Positions 8,250 through 17,003 are shown, numbered from the stretch's first letter. The stretch is 47,637 bases of DNA from an uncultured Bdellovibrionales bacterium (GCA_964543275.1 CAZIWW010000002.1:1-47637); one strand, 5' to 3'. A program made the numbers and translations. Notes: generated by a model not told the origin, from the sequence alone.

Positions 8250-9527
8250 CTAGAAACTTTCTTTATTCCCATTTTCTTCGTCAATAAATAACCGCAATTT
8301 ATTCGCGCAAGAAGAGCGCCGAAGTTTTCCTAACGCCTTCTTTTCAATCTGACGAATCCGCTCCCTGGTTACCCCAAGCTTTCGCCCTATTCCCTCTAGG
8401 GTATGCGCGGTTTCATCTCCAATGCCAAATCGCATTCTTAAAATCTTTCCCTCTCGAGGAGTAAGAGTATCAAGCACCTTGTCAATCTGATATACTAAAT
8501 CAGATCGAATCATAGCCTCCAAGGGAGTAGAAATCTTTTTATCTTCAATAAGATTTCCTAAGGTGTTGCCATCATCTCTAATGGGGCTGTCCAGAGATAA
8601 TAAGTGGCTGGGAGCTTTCAAAATCTTATGCACTTTTTCTAGAGAAAGTCCAGATCTTTCGGCAAGCTCCTGCGAAGTAGGCTCTCTCCCTAGTTCCTGC
8701 GCCAGACTACAAGAGACGCGCTTCAGCATATTGGCGGTATCAACTACGTGAATGGGAAAACGAATAGTGCGAGCCTGATCAATAATTGCCCGAGTAACAG
8801 TTTGCCGAATCCACCAAAAGGCATAAGTACCGAATCTAATACCAAGCTTCGGATTAAACCTATCGACAGCCTTCATTAAACCAAGGTTGCCTTCCTGGAT
8901 TAGATCACCAAAACTAAGCCCGCGACCTAAATATCCCTTGGCAATGCTTACTACTAATCGCAGATTAGCCTGCGTAATTTGATTGGAAATAGCCGTAACT
9001 TGCCGAACACAGACAAGCAGTTTTTGAATCTTCCGATCTTTTGGAAAATTTTTTCCCAATCTTCTTAGCCCATCTCTCGCGACTTCGTACAGACGATAAT
9101 ACCCGGGATGCTTTTCCTCGACTAGACTTATAAGTAAATTACGTAATTTATTACGTAATTCATTAAGCTCCCTAGAATTATCTTCTAAAATAGAAGACCA
9201 GATTTCCTCTTGACGCCCAACAATCTCCTGCGCGAGCGCGTCCACTTGCTCCGGATTTAGAGTAATATTCCCGCCCATCTGACGAAGATAGAGATTTATG
9301 ATGCCAGATTCATCATAACACTGAACATATCTAAGCTCTTCGATTGTCACCCCAATCATTTCCTCTTCGCCAATTTCCTTAAGTTCCTCAAGTGTCGGTT
9401 CATTCAGAATTCCGAAATAAAGGCCTTCTGCTCCGAGTTCAGGCATCCCAGCACCCCTCTGGGATCCCCCGCCAGTAACGTCGTAAATAGGCTTATAACC
9501 AACGACCACTGAAATCACCTCCTCCAT
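8250..9527 (-). CDS. rpoD: sigma-70 family RNA polymerase sigma factor (group 1-like)
   Basis: Regions 1.2 (INLYLRQMG), 2 (LRLVVSIAKGYLGRGLSFGDLIQEGNLGLMKAVDRF...YAFWWIRQ), 3 and 4 (LEGIGRKLGVTRERIRQIEKKAL) are present. GGAGGAGGTGA inside codons 2-5 could be the SD for a GTG start at 9509. Confidence 0.85.
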   Translation of the reverse strand: MEEVISVVVGYKPIYDVTGGGSQRGAGMPELGAEGLYFGILNEPTLEELKEIGEEEMIGVTIEELRYVQCYDESGIINLYLRQMGGNITLNPEQVDALAQEIVGRQEEIWSSILEDNSRELNELRNKLRNLLISLVEEKHPGYYRLYEVARDGLRRLGKNFPKDRKIQKLLVCVRQVTAISNQITQANLRLVVSIAKGYLGRGLSFGDLIQEGNLGLMKAVDRFNPKLGIRFGTYAFWWIRQTVTRAIIDQARTIRFPIHVVDTANMLKRVSCSLAQELGREPTSQELAERSGLSLEKVHKILKAPSHLLSLDSPIRDDGNTLGNLIEDKKISTPLEAMIRSDLVYQIDKVLDTLTPREGKILRMRFGIGDETAHTLEGIGRKLGVTRERIRQIEKKALGKLRRSSCANKLRLFIDEENGNKESF

Positions 9528-9605
9528 AATAAAATATTATAATGTTAAGGTACTCCATAAAAAATAAACAGCGCTCCCCTCGCTTGTACTTGCTTATTTA
9601 CCACT

Positions 9606-9633
9606 ACTATAGCATGGACCTCGGATATTTCAA
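9606..9633 (-). promoter_or_regulatory. candidate sigma-70 promoter for the sigma gene (TTGAAA-N16-TATAGT on minus strand)
   Basis: Reverse complement of 9628-9633 is TTGAAA and of 9606-9611 is TATAGT, with a 16-nt spacer; consensus match only. Confidence 0.35.
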
Positions 9634-9706
9634 TGAACTTATCAGCCATAAAAAATTTACATTATTTTTATTGCGGTCGCATAAATAATCGTGCAATCTT
9701 ATATAA

Positions 9707-11368
9707 CTACGCTTCGCCCTTAACCCGCAAGCATATAACGCTTAACATCCACGCCATTCCAAGCCAAAACAATCCCATTAAAAGCCCCGCGTTGAAGAGA
9801 TTGGGAATTACCAAAGCTATGATGCCAAGAATTACAAAAATACTCACGGTTTTATCAAGCTCGCCTTCAACCGTCGAACAGTTAAGCCACCCGCTTAACG
9901 GGCAAAATTTGCAAAATGGAGAGAGTTTTCGAAATGAAGCCGTAAAGAGATAAATAATAACTGCCGTGAAGACAATCAATCCCAGAATACCGCTTCCGGA
10001 CCAAACTTGCAGGAAAATATTACTCTCATTAAGCCCAGCGCCGCGCTCATCTGCTCCCAGTCTTTCCGTTACACTGCCATAGCCTATTCCCAAAACGGGA
10101 TGCTCTTTAATAACTTTGAAAGACTCGCGATAAATTTCGCTTCGGGTTTTGACATTGGGATCTTTTCGGTAAACTTGGGTTACAATTTTGCCTTGCGATT
10201 TATATGATTCTATTTCTTCAAGATTAATATGACGGCAGTTATAATTTTCAAGCTTCTCGGCGCTGGTTATAGATTCTGGAATTCTCGAATTTTTTTCGCA
10301 AGCGATAGTTATTTTTTGCTCGCTAGTCGCCGCAGACCGAAAACGATCGAGAACGTCAAATTTAGAAAGCTCGCCAAAATGAATTACCCCCAGCGAAACT
10401 GCGAATAATAAAGCAATGACTATAAATTGGCCCACAAACTTTTTAGTTTCCCAAGCAATCCCGCTTTTCGTTTTTCTATACAGACTGAAAAAGAGATAAA
10501 AAATAATAACCGCCGTCGCTCCCACCCAAGCCGAGCGAGCCAGGGTTAAGATTAAAAGAGTAATAGTTAAAAAAACCAGCGCATATAAAATTACTAACAA
10601 ACTAAATTTCTCTCCTTTTTCCAAAGGTGGAATTCTATTTAAATAAAAAATCGCAGTCAGCAGCACAGTCAGGGCAAAACACAAAAATATTCCCAGCCAA
10701 TCAGGCTCGGCAAAAGCCGCGTTGGGACGACCGAACATCACTTCGAAAGACTGGCCGCCAAATTTATCCACCAATACCTGATAAAATCCGTAGCCAACGA
10801 CCACTATTAAAGATCCCAAGAAAAAGAATCCGGCTTTAATTAAATCTTCTTTAGTCCTTAAAAAAACGCGGATTAAATAATACAAAACGACAAAAGATAA
10901 TAAAATTAGCGCCTGCCTTAAAGCAAAAGCTTTGTTCGGCGCGTTTACCGACGCCAAAAAACCAAGCGGCGCTAAAGAAAATACCAGCCAGTCCAGCCAA
11001 ATCGGTTTTAGAATTTTAAAATTAAGTCGTTTGAAAATGTAAAGAATAATTAAAGCTAAAATAATAACAGCGCCCATAAACTGATAAGGTCGAAGTTGAA
11101 ACGGTAAAAAACCGGAAGCGAGAATAATATTTTCCAGCGGGATTAAGATTATGAAAATAAAAAACGCCCACCGCGGACGATAGAGCGCGGAGAGCAGAGT
11201 AATAATCGAAAAGAAAACAAAATCCCCTTTCCCGAGCGGCAATTTGCCTTTATTGGACAAAATTATTAAAGCGAAAGATAAAGCCAGGCCAAAAAGCCAG
11301 AGAATGACTAGCTCTCGAGAAAAAATCACCCAAAAACTTCTAAATGCGTTTCTTAATTTCTCGTTCAT
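9707..11368 (-). CDS. O-antigen ligase/polymerase-like (Wzy-type) polytopic membrane protein
   Basis: 553 aa with about a dozen hydrophobic spans and one large hydrophilic loop (about aa 335-420); assignment rests on topology and context. Confidence 0.55.
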   Translation of the reverse strand: MNEKLRNAFRSFWVIFSRELVILWLFGLALSFALIILSNKGKLPLGKGDFVFFSIITLLSALYRPRWAFFIFIILIPLENIILASGFLPFQLRPYQFMGAVIILALIILYIFKRLNFKILKPIWLDWLVFSLAPLGFLASVNAPNKAFALRQALILLSFVVLYYLIRVFLRTKEDLIKAGFFFLGSLIVVVGYGFYQVLVDKFGGQSFEVMFGRPNAAFAEPDWLGIFLCFALTVLLTAIFYLNRIPPLEKGEKFSLLVILYALVFLTITLLILTLARSAWVGATAVIIFYLFFSLYRKTKSGIAWETKKFVGQFIVIALLFAVSLGVIHFGELSKFDVLDRFRSAATSEQKITIACEKNSRIPESITSAEKLENYNCRHINLEEIESYKSQGKIVTQVYRKDPNVKTRSEIYRESFKVIKEHPVLGIGYGSVTERLGADERGAGLNESNIFLQVWSGSGILGLIVFTAVIIYLFTASFRKLSPFCKFCPLSGWLNCSTVEGELDKTVSIFVILGIIALVIPNLFNAGLLMGLFWLGMAWMLSVICLRVKGEA

Positions 11369-11410
11369 AATTTTTTCAGCTAAAAAAACTCCAACACATT
11401 TCCCGCATCT

Positions 11411-11432
11411 TTCAGTATACTAGTATACTGAA
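11411..11432. repeat. perfect 22-bp palindrome TTCAGTATACTAGTATACTGAA (copy 1)
   Basis: Read directly; identical to 33704-33725; 18 nt below the GT4 stop and 43 nt upstream of the Wzy-like start. Confidence 0.95.
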
Positions 11433-11449
11433 GTAAAATCTATTCGTTG

Positions 11450-12664
11450 TTACTTTAAAATTTCCTCAACAAATTCTTTCCAGCTAAACTTTTTCGCCCT
11501 TTCTATCCCTTTCTCCGACAGTCTTTTCCTTAAATTATCATTTCGCAAAACTTTTCCCATTACTCTCGCCATTTCCTCTGTATCTTTAGGATTGAAATAT
11601 AAAACCGCGTGAGAGCCAACCTCGGGAAGAGAAGAATTTTTGGAAACTAAAGTCGGCGCGCCGCAAGCCATCGCTTCCAAAACCGGCAAACCGAAACCCT
11701 CGTAAAGCGACGGGAAAACAAATAATTCGCAACGGCGATAAAGCGCCGGCAAATCTTTTTGCTCCACAAACCCCGGGAGAATTACTTTATCTTTAATGCC
11801 AAGCTTTTTTATCTCTTTCCCAATATCAGTAAACAACGCGCTGAATTCGGACTTATCTTCGCCGGCCAAAACCAAATTAACATCCTCTATTTGGTTTTTC
11901 TTCACTAATTCTCCATAAGCTTCCATTAGACCGGAAATATTCTTCCGAAAATCAAATCCGCCGATATAGAAAATATATTTTCCGGAAATTTTGTATTTCT
12001 TCAAAATTCCTTCGTCGCTCTCATCGCTGTAATCCCTAAAAAATTCCTCGCCAACGCTAGGATACGCAACTCTAATTCTTTTCTTAGAGACTTTTAAAAG
12101 CTCGTTGATGTCTTTTCTGGAATGTTCGGATACGGTAATAATTTCGTCCGCTTCTTTGATAGCCTTAAAAGTCAGTCTGGAGTAAAATTTCTTCCGTGAA
12201 TTATCCAAGTATTGCGGGAAAATTTTCCAGATCACATCGTGCACCAGCATTGTATGCCTAGTGTTTTTTAAAACCGTCGGCGACTGGTAGAGCGAAATAA
12301 AAAGATCGCATTTATCTTTCCTAGCTTTCTTCGGCAAAAGATATTTCTCCCATAAAATTCTGCGCACCAAATCATCCCGCCTGTATGGCGGCAAAAAAAT
12401 CACCTTCCTGAAATTCTCCGGCAACTCAAAATCAATATCCTTTTCTAAATACAAAAAGAATTCAAAATCCTTAACTTTGAACTCTGAACTTTGCCTGCCC
12501 GCCGAAGTCCTCGGCCTTCGTAGCCGCTTCGATGAAGGAGGCTCGGCGCAGGCGGGAATTTTGAACTCAACTAATTTTATTAACTCTTTAATAAAATTAG
12601 TCGTCACTTGCCCGATTCCAGTATCTGGTTTCCGCAAAAATGAAGCATTAATTCCGATTCTCAT
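11450..12664 (-). CDS. glycosyltransferase family 4 carrying a 28-codon in-frame insertion with a GC-rich core
   Basis: ATG at 12664 (MRIGINASF) preferred over the upstream TTG at 12700; C-terminal FVFPSLYEGFGLPVLEAMACGAPTL motif; insertion at 12485-12568. Confidence 0.85.
   Translation of the reverse strand: MRIGINASFLRKPDTGIGQVTTNFIKELIKLVEFKIPACAEPPSSKRLRRPRTSAGRQSSEFKVKDFEFFLYLEKDIDFELPENFRKVIFLPPYRRDDLVRRILWEKYLLPKKARKDKCDLFISLYQSPTVLKNTRHTMLVHDVIWKIFPQYLDNSRKKFYSRLTFKAIKEADEIITVSEHSRKDINELLKVSKKRIRVAYPSVGEEFFRDYSDESDEGILKKYKISGKYIFYIGGFDFRKNISGLMEAYGELVKKNQIEDVNLVLAGEDKSEFSALFTDIGKEIKKLGIKDKVILPGFVEQKDLPALYRRCELFVFPSLYEGFGLPVLEAMACGAPTLVSKNSSLPEVGSHAVLYFNPKDTEEMARVMGKVLRNDNLRKRLSEKGIERAKKFSWKEFVEEILK
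12494..12556. repeat. 63-nt GC-rich imperfect palindromic element inserted in frame in a GT4 gene
   Basis: 45 of 63 positions are G/C by my count, in an AT-rich gene. It encodes PACAEPPSSKRLRRPRTSAGR and is flanked by direct repeats TTTGAACTC at 12476-12484 and 12560-12568. Confidence 0.7.
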
Positions 12665-12687
12665 AATTAAAATTGTATAACAAACAT

Positions 12688-12716
12688 TTGATAAAAACAA
12701 ATCTCTTTGCTATCCT
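12688..12716 (+). promoter_or_regulatory. candidate sigma-70 promoter for the plus-strand glycan operon (TTGATA-N17-TATCCT)
   Basis: TTGATA at 12688-12693, 17-nt spacer, TATCCT at 12711-12716, about 38 nt upstream of the ATG at 12755 in a divergent spacer; consensus match only. Confidence 0.3.
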
Positions 12717-12754
12717 ATTGTCAGCTTTAATTCTTTAATCTCCGCTCATTTACT

Positions 12755-13705
12755 ATGCGACTAATTGTCAACATTCCCGCCTATAATGAGGAAAAAACCA
12801 TTAGCGATGTAATCCGCAGAATCCCCCGAAATATCGAAGGCTTTGATGAGGTGAAAGTGCAGGTTGTGGACGACGGATCGAAAGACAAAACAGTCGAAGC
12901 GGCTAGAAATGCCGGAGCGAATATTGTTGTAAGCCATCCCAGAAATATGGGAGTGGGCGCGGCTTTTCGAACCGCCGTGGAGTCGGCGCTGGAAAATGGA
13001 GCCGATGTTTTCGTAAACATTGACGCCGACGGACAATTCCCGGCCGGCGATATTCCCAAATTCACTGAACTTATTGCAAACGGCAAAGCTGATATGGTCG
13101 TAGCTTCCCGCTTTGGCATCAAGTCCGCTCAAAATATGCCTTGGATCAAAAGTTTTCTTAACCGCTTGGCCGCCAATATCATTGGAAAATTTCTTAACTA
13201 CCGAATCGAAGACCTGACTTGCGGCTTTCGGGCTTTGAATCGAGAAACAATGCTGCGGCTTAATCTAGCTTATCGCTTCACCTATACCCAGGAAACTATA
13301 ATTGACGCCATTTCCAAAAACCTCGTCGTAAAATGGATCCCGGTGGAAGTAACTTATTTCGATGGTCGCCAATCCAAAGTTGTTAAAAACGTTTCCAAGT
13401 TTATTTATCAATCCTTTATGATAATTATTCGCACCATCCGCGACGCCCGGCCAATGGTATTTTTTGGAATTCCGGGAATGGCATTTATAACCACAGCTTT
13501 AATTATAGGCGTCGTATTTTTAGGATATTATTTTACCAATTTTAAGGTTTCGCCTTTCAGAACCTGGCTAATGCTTGGCGGAGGACTTCTAATTATCGGG
13601 GTTCAACTTCTCATATTCGCTCTCGTTGCCGATATGATAAAATCCAACCGCAAGTTAAGCGAGGAGCAGCTATATTTGGCGAAGAAGGAAAAATATAGGA
13701 AATAG
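12755..13705 (+). CDS. polyprenyl-phosphate sugar synthase-type GT2 (GtrB/DPM1-like) with C-terminal TM helices
   Basis: NIPAYNEE start, VDDGSKD and DADGQ acidic motifs, two hydrophobic helices at about aa 235-300 as in GtrB/ArnC-type enzymes. Confidence 0.8.
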   Translation: MRLIVNIPAYNEEKTISDVIRRIPRNIEGFDEVKVQVVDDGSKDKTVEAARNAGANIVVSHPRNMGVGAAFRTAVESALENGADVFVNIDADGQFPAGDIPKFTELIANGKADMVVASRFGIKSAQNMPWIKSFLNRLAANIIGKFLNYRIEDLTCGFRALNRETMLRLNLAYRFTYTQETIIDAISKNLVVKWIPVEVTYFDGRQSKVVKNVSKFIYQSFMIIIRTIRDARPMVFFGIPGMAFITTALIIGVVFLGYYFTNFKVSPFRTWLMLGGGLLIIGVQLLIFALVADMIKSNRKLSEEQLYLAKKEKYRK

Positions 13706-13707
13706 CC

Positions 13708-13828
13708 TACGAATTACGAATTCCGTACGGAATATACGAATGAATGCGATGAAGGCGCCTGGATTGTATTTCGCGCAAATCTTGTAAACAAATTAATTCG
13801 TATATTCGTAAGAGATTCGTAATTCGTA
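13708..13828. repeat. 121-nt imperfect inverted repeat filling the GT2/GT4 spacer, arms made of TACGAAT heptamers
   Basis: Left arm TACGAATTACGAAT-TCCGTACGG-AATATACGAAT (13708-13741); right arm ATTCGTATATT-CGTAAGAG-ATTCGTAATTCGTA (13796-13828); the outer 14 nt and inner 11 nt are perfectly complementary. Confidence 0.85.
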
Positions 13829-13837
13829 AAAATACTC

Positions 13838-14917
13838 ATGAAGGTATTGTTCATCTCCCGCGCCCATCCTCCGGTTGTCGGTGGAATAGAAAACCAAAAT
13901 TACGAACTATCTATTCACCTCCATGAATTTGCCGAAACTAAAACCATAGCCAACCGGCACGGAAAAAAATTTTTGCCTATATTTCTGCCTTACGCGCTAG
14001 CGACCGCTCTTTTTTTAGCAAGAAAATGCGATATACTGCTTTTGGGAGACGGAGTTATGGGAATCGTCGGCTATTTCGTAAAATTATTTTATGGTAAAAA
14101 GAAAAAAGTTATATGCGTCGTTCACGGGCTAGATCTAACTTACAATTCCGGAATTTACCAAAAGTTGTGGGTGAGAAAATTCATTCCCAAACTTGATAAA
14201 CTCATCGCCGTGGGAAATGAAACTATTCGGCAAGGAATCGTCCGCAATATTCCCCAAGAAAAATTCACTTTTATTCCAAATGGGGTTGATGTAGATAAGT
14301 TTATAGGCAATTATTCACGCAGTAATCTGGAAAAAATTATCGGAGAGAATTTGAACAGTAAAAAAGTTATCCTAACATCGGGAAGACTGGCTAAAAGAAA
14401 AGGCGTAGCTTGGTTTGTGGAAAACGTCATGCCAAAATTGCCGGAAAATGTAATTTATGTCATCGCCGGCGACGGAGCAGATAAAGAAAATGTAAAGCAG
14501 GCCATTGAAAAAAATAACCTCGGCGGCAGAGTTAAGCTGCTGGGTTATGTAAGCGACAAAGTTAGAAACGTTTTGCTTAACACCTGCGACATTTTCATCC
14601 AGCCCAACATTAAAGTTTCCGGAGATATGGAGGGATTCGGAATTTCAGTTATTGAAGCCGCTTCATGCAAGCTTCCGGTCATCGCCGCCAATTTGGAAGG
14701 GTTAAAAGACGCTATTAAAGATGGCGAGAATGGATTTTTAGTTGAGACTGAAGACACAGAAGGATACTTGAACAAAATTAACAAGTTATTGGCGGACGAT
14801 GACTACCGCCGGGAATTCGGCGAGAGAGCCAGAAGATACGCGGTTGAGAATTACAGTTGGAAGAAAATTGTGAGACAGTATGTTAAGGTGATGAAAGGAA
14901 TTTTAAGTGAAACATAA
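13838..14917 (+). CDS. glycosyltransferase family 4 (GT-B)
   Basis: 359 aa; GRLAKRKG and FIQPNIKVSGDMEGFGISVIEAASCKLPVIA motifs. Confidence 0.8.
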   Translation: MKVLFISRAHPPVVGGIENQNYELSIHLHEFAETKTIANRHGKKFLPIFLPYALATALFLARKCDILLLGDGVMGIVGYFVKLFYGKKKKVICVVHGLDLTYNSGIYQKLWVRKFIPKLDKLIAVGNETIRQGIVRNIPQEKFTFIPNGVDVDKFIGNYSRSNLEKIIGENLNSKKVILTSGRLAKRKGVAWFVENVMPKLPENVIYVIAGDGADKENVKQAIEKNNLGGRVKLLGYVSDKVRNVLLNTCDIFIQPNIKVSGDMEGFGISVIEAASCKLPVIAANLEGLKDAIKDGENGFLVETEDTEGYLNKINKLLADDDYRREFGERARRYAVENYSWKKIVRQYVKVMKGILSET

Positions 14918-14953
14918 AGCTGTGAAGACTGAAAACATTGCTTTAAAATTCCC

Positions 14954-15066
14954 AATTTCTAATTAACCTAATTGACCTAAAAAAATTCTAATGACTAATT
15001 GACCAGCGAATGAATTGTTGTTTGGGATTTAATTAGGTCAATTAGAAATTAGAGTAATTAGAAATT
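14954..15066. repeat. inverted repeat AATTTCTAATTAACCTAATT / AATTAGGTCAATTAGAAATT plus a second AATTAGAAATT copy
   Basis: 14954-14973 pairs with 15031-15050 at 19 of 20 positions; the 11-mer AATTAGAAATT recurs at 15056-15066, 9 nt before the ATG at 15075. Confidence 0.8.
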
Positions 15067-15074
15067 TAGTTTTC

Positions 15075-16958
15075 ATGTTCCTAGATCTTCTAAAAACTCT
15101 CTTGACTCTCCCATTCCTCCTCATCCTTCCAGGATTCTTTTTAAACTTGGCTGTTTTTGGAGAATCAAACGAAAGGGTTTCTTTTTTTGAAAAAGCGGTT
15201 TTTGTTATCCCTTTCAGCATTATATCCATTGATCTGATCGCTCTACTGTTAAATAAAATAAACATTCCGATTTCAGGCGTCAACTTAATCGGCGCCACTA
15301 TCATCTTTTGTCTTCTTTGTTTTGCCTTTTATCAGATCCGCTTCAAGAAAAAAGAAGCTGAACCTTCCGCAAAAAGTTCAGCCTCCAATGAAATTACTTC
15401 CGAATCGGAAAATTTATTTAATTTCTCCACATGGCAGACGATTTTCATTCTTCTCTCTATAGTCCTGGCCATTTTTATTCGAGTCGCTTACTTAACCGAC
15501 ACCATCGTTCCGGCTTCAACCGACTTGGGACATCATATGTATTGGGTAAAAACAATTATCGATAGCGGGAAGCTTCCGGCTTACAATATGCCGGACTTTA
15601 TAGTCGGAGAGCACATCATTTTCGCCGCGGCAAACTTAATCAGCGGCGTAAACGTAACAACGGCCTTGCCTGTTTTGATCTTGCTTATAGCTAATGTGAC
15701 TGGCATATTCGTAGCCGCCATCCTAGTTGCTCGGCTTTTCAAAAACACGAACACAACCGCTGTATCCTTTTTTGTGCTGGGAACTCTTTACGCCATCGCC
15801 GCGCCGCAGGGAAAATATGTCAGCGGCGGCGTCATCGGCAACATTCTGGGAAATATGTTTCTTCCGCTAGCGCTTTATTTCGCTTTTCGCGCCTTGAAAG
15901 AAAAAAGCGGCTCGCACTTAGGTCTTTTTATTTTCTCCGCAACCGGACTGCTTTACACCCATCACCTTACTTCTTTCGTTCTAATTTTCATTTCAGCCGC
16001 CGTCTTATTAATCTACTTTTCAGTAAACATAAAACGTCTTCCGAAAATTATTTCCAGCTGGCTTAAAATCCTTTTTAAACCGTTTCCCGTGCTGGTTTTG
16101 ATTTTGTCAATCTTATTCCTCGCTTTTGCGTACACTCCTTCATATTTTAACTCGGCGGCTGTCGATCAAGCTACCGGCGCGCCTTCCAAGATAACCCGCG
16201 TAGGTTTAAGTCTAAAACAAATTGAACTAAATGTTGGAAGCGCCAGACTGATCTTAGGCATACTAGGCATTCTTTTGCTTTTGCTCACCTTTAAGCCTAA
16301 AAAGCTCGAATACAGTTTTGTGATTGGCTGGACTCTCATTCTATTCATTATGACATACAGACCCGGCTGGCTTTACATTGACATCCCGAGTAATCGCGTA
16401 AGTAACTATTTATTTCTGCCGCTTTCCATAGCCGCAGCCTATTGCCTCGCTCAATACTTTCATTTTTTCAGAAAAGGCGCCACTCAATTCTTTGCCGCTG
16501 TTTTGCTTTATACTTTCTTATTTTTTACAATCACTTCCGGCCTTTCCGACAGCGCCGAAGCCTTCAAAATTAAAAATCAATTTCAGGAGGCTGTGCAAAC
16601 CTTTCACTCCGGCGAGTATTTGGCTAAAACTACCAACGCATCCAAAGATATTATCTTGAAAGATCACATAAACATTTACGGAGATTCTTGGTATAAGTTA
16701 TTCTTTATGAAAGATTACAAATACCCGTTAAGCCGAGGCAAACTCACTCGCTATTCAGACCCAACCAAGCCGCGCGAAACCTGCACCCGGGATATGATCG
16801 GCAAGCCTCAAAGCGAAACCGGAAGAGCTTGCTTCGCTAAAACAGGAGTTAATTATGTAGCATTAAACGCTCAATTAGAAGGAATGACTTTCGAAACCTA
16901 TCCAGAGTTTTCCAAAGTTTACGCCTCGAATTATATTTCTATTTTTAAGAGAAATTGA
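15075..16958 (+). CDS. large polytopic membrane protein, GT-C-like candidate
   Basis: 627 aa with at least 12 hydrophobic spans and a hydrophilic C-terminal domain; downstream of a GtrB-like GT2; family not recognised by eye. Confidence 0.6.
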   Translation: MFLDLLKTLLTLPFLLILPGFFLNLAVFGESNERVSFFEKAVFVIPFSIISIDLIALLLNKINIPISGVNLIGATIIFCLLCFAFYQIRFKKKEAEPSAKSSASNEITSESENLFNFSTWQTIFILLSIVLAIFIRVAYLTDTIVPASTDLGHHMYWVKTIIDSGKLPAYNMPDFIVGEHIIFAAANLISGVNVTTALPVLILLIANVTGIFVAAILVARLFKNTNTTAVSFFVLGTLYAIAAPQGKYVSGGVIGNILGNMFLPLALYFAFRALKEKSGSHLGLFIFSATGLLYTHHLTSFVLIFISAAVLLIYFSVNIKRLPKIISSWLKILFKPFPVLVLILSILFLAFAYTPSYFNSAAVDQATGAPSKITRVGLSLKQIELNVGSARLILGILGILLLLLTFKPKKLEYSFVIGWTLILFIMTYRPGWLYIDIPSNRVSNYLFLPLSIAAAYCLAQYFHFFRKGATQFFAAVLLYTFLFFTITSGLSDSAEAFKIKNQFQEAVQTFHSGEYLAKTTNASKDIILKDHINIYGDSWYKLFFMKDYKYPLSRGKLTRYSDPTKPRETCTRDMIGKPQSETGRACFAKTGVNYVALNAQLEGMTFETYPEFSKVYASNYISIFKRN

Positions 16959-17003
16959 AAAACCTAACATCGGATAAGGAGTCTAGGGTTTGACCTTGAG
17001 AAA

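Noticed and set aside
9137-9160. Duplicated palindrome AATTACGTAATT / ATTACGTAATT inside the sigma factor gene as a regulatory site
   Set aside because: It encodes the peptide repeat LRN-K-LRN in a coiled, non-conserved linker. It is most simply a small coding duplication, although it resembles the spacer word ATTCGTAATTCGTA.
11411-11432. LexA/SOS box interpretation of the CAGTAT-N6-ATACTG palindromes
   Set aside because: The E. coli-type box is CTGT-N8-ACAG and the Gram-positive type is GAAC-N4-GTTC. Here the half-sites are in the opposite arrangement (CAGT...ACTG), and the flanking genes are envelope genes, not DNA-repair genes.
12761-13132. Antisense and shadow ORFs (12761-13132, 12781-13122, 19719-20021, 26075-26521, 35023-35469, 1959-2357, 33345-33680 and others in the ORF track)
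   Set aside because: They lie opposite or out of frame to ORFs with strong family motifs. Their composition is low-complexity or Arg/Ser/Pro-rich, typical of antisense frames. ORF 33345-33680 simply reads through the structured spacer.
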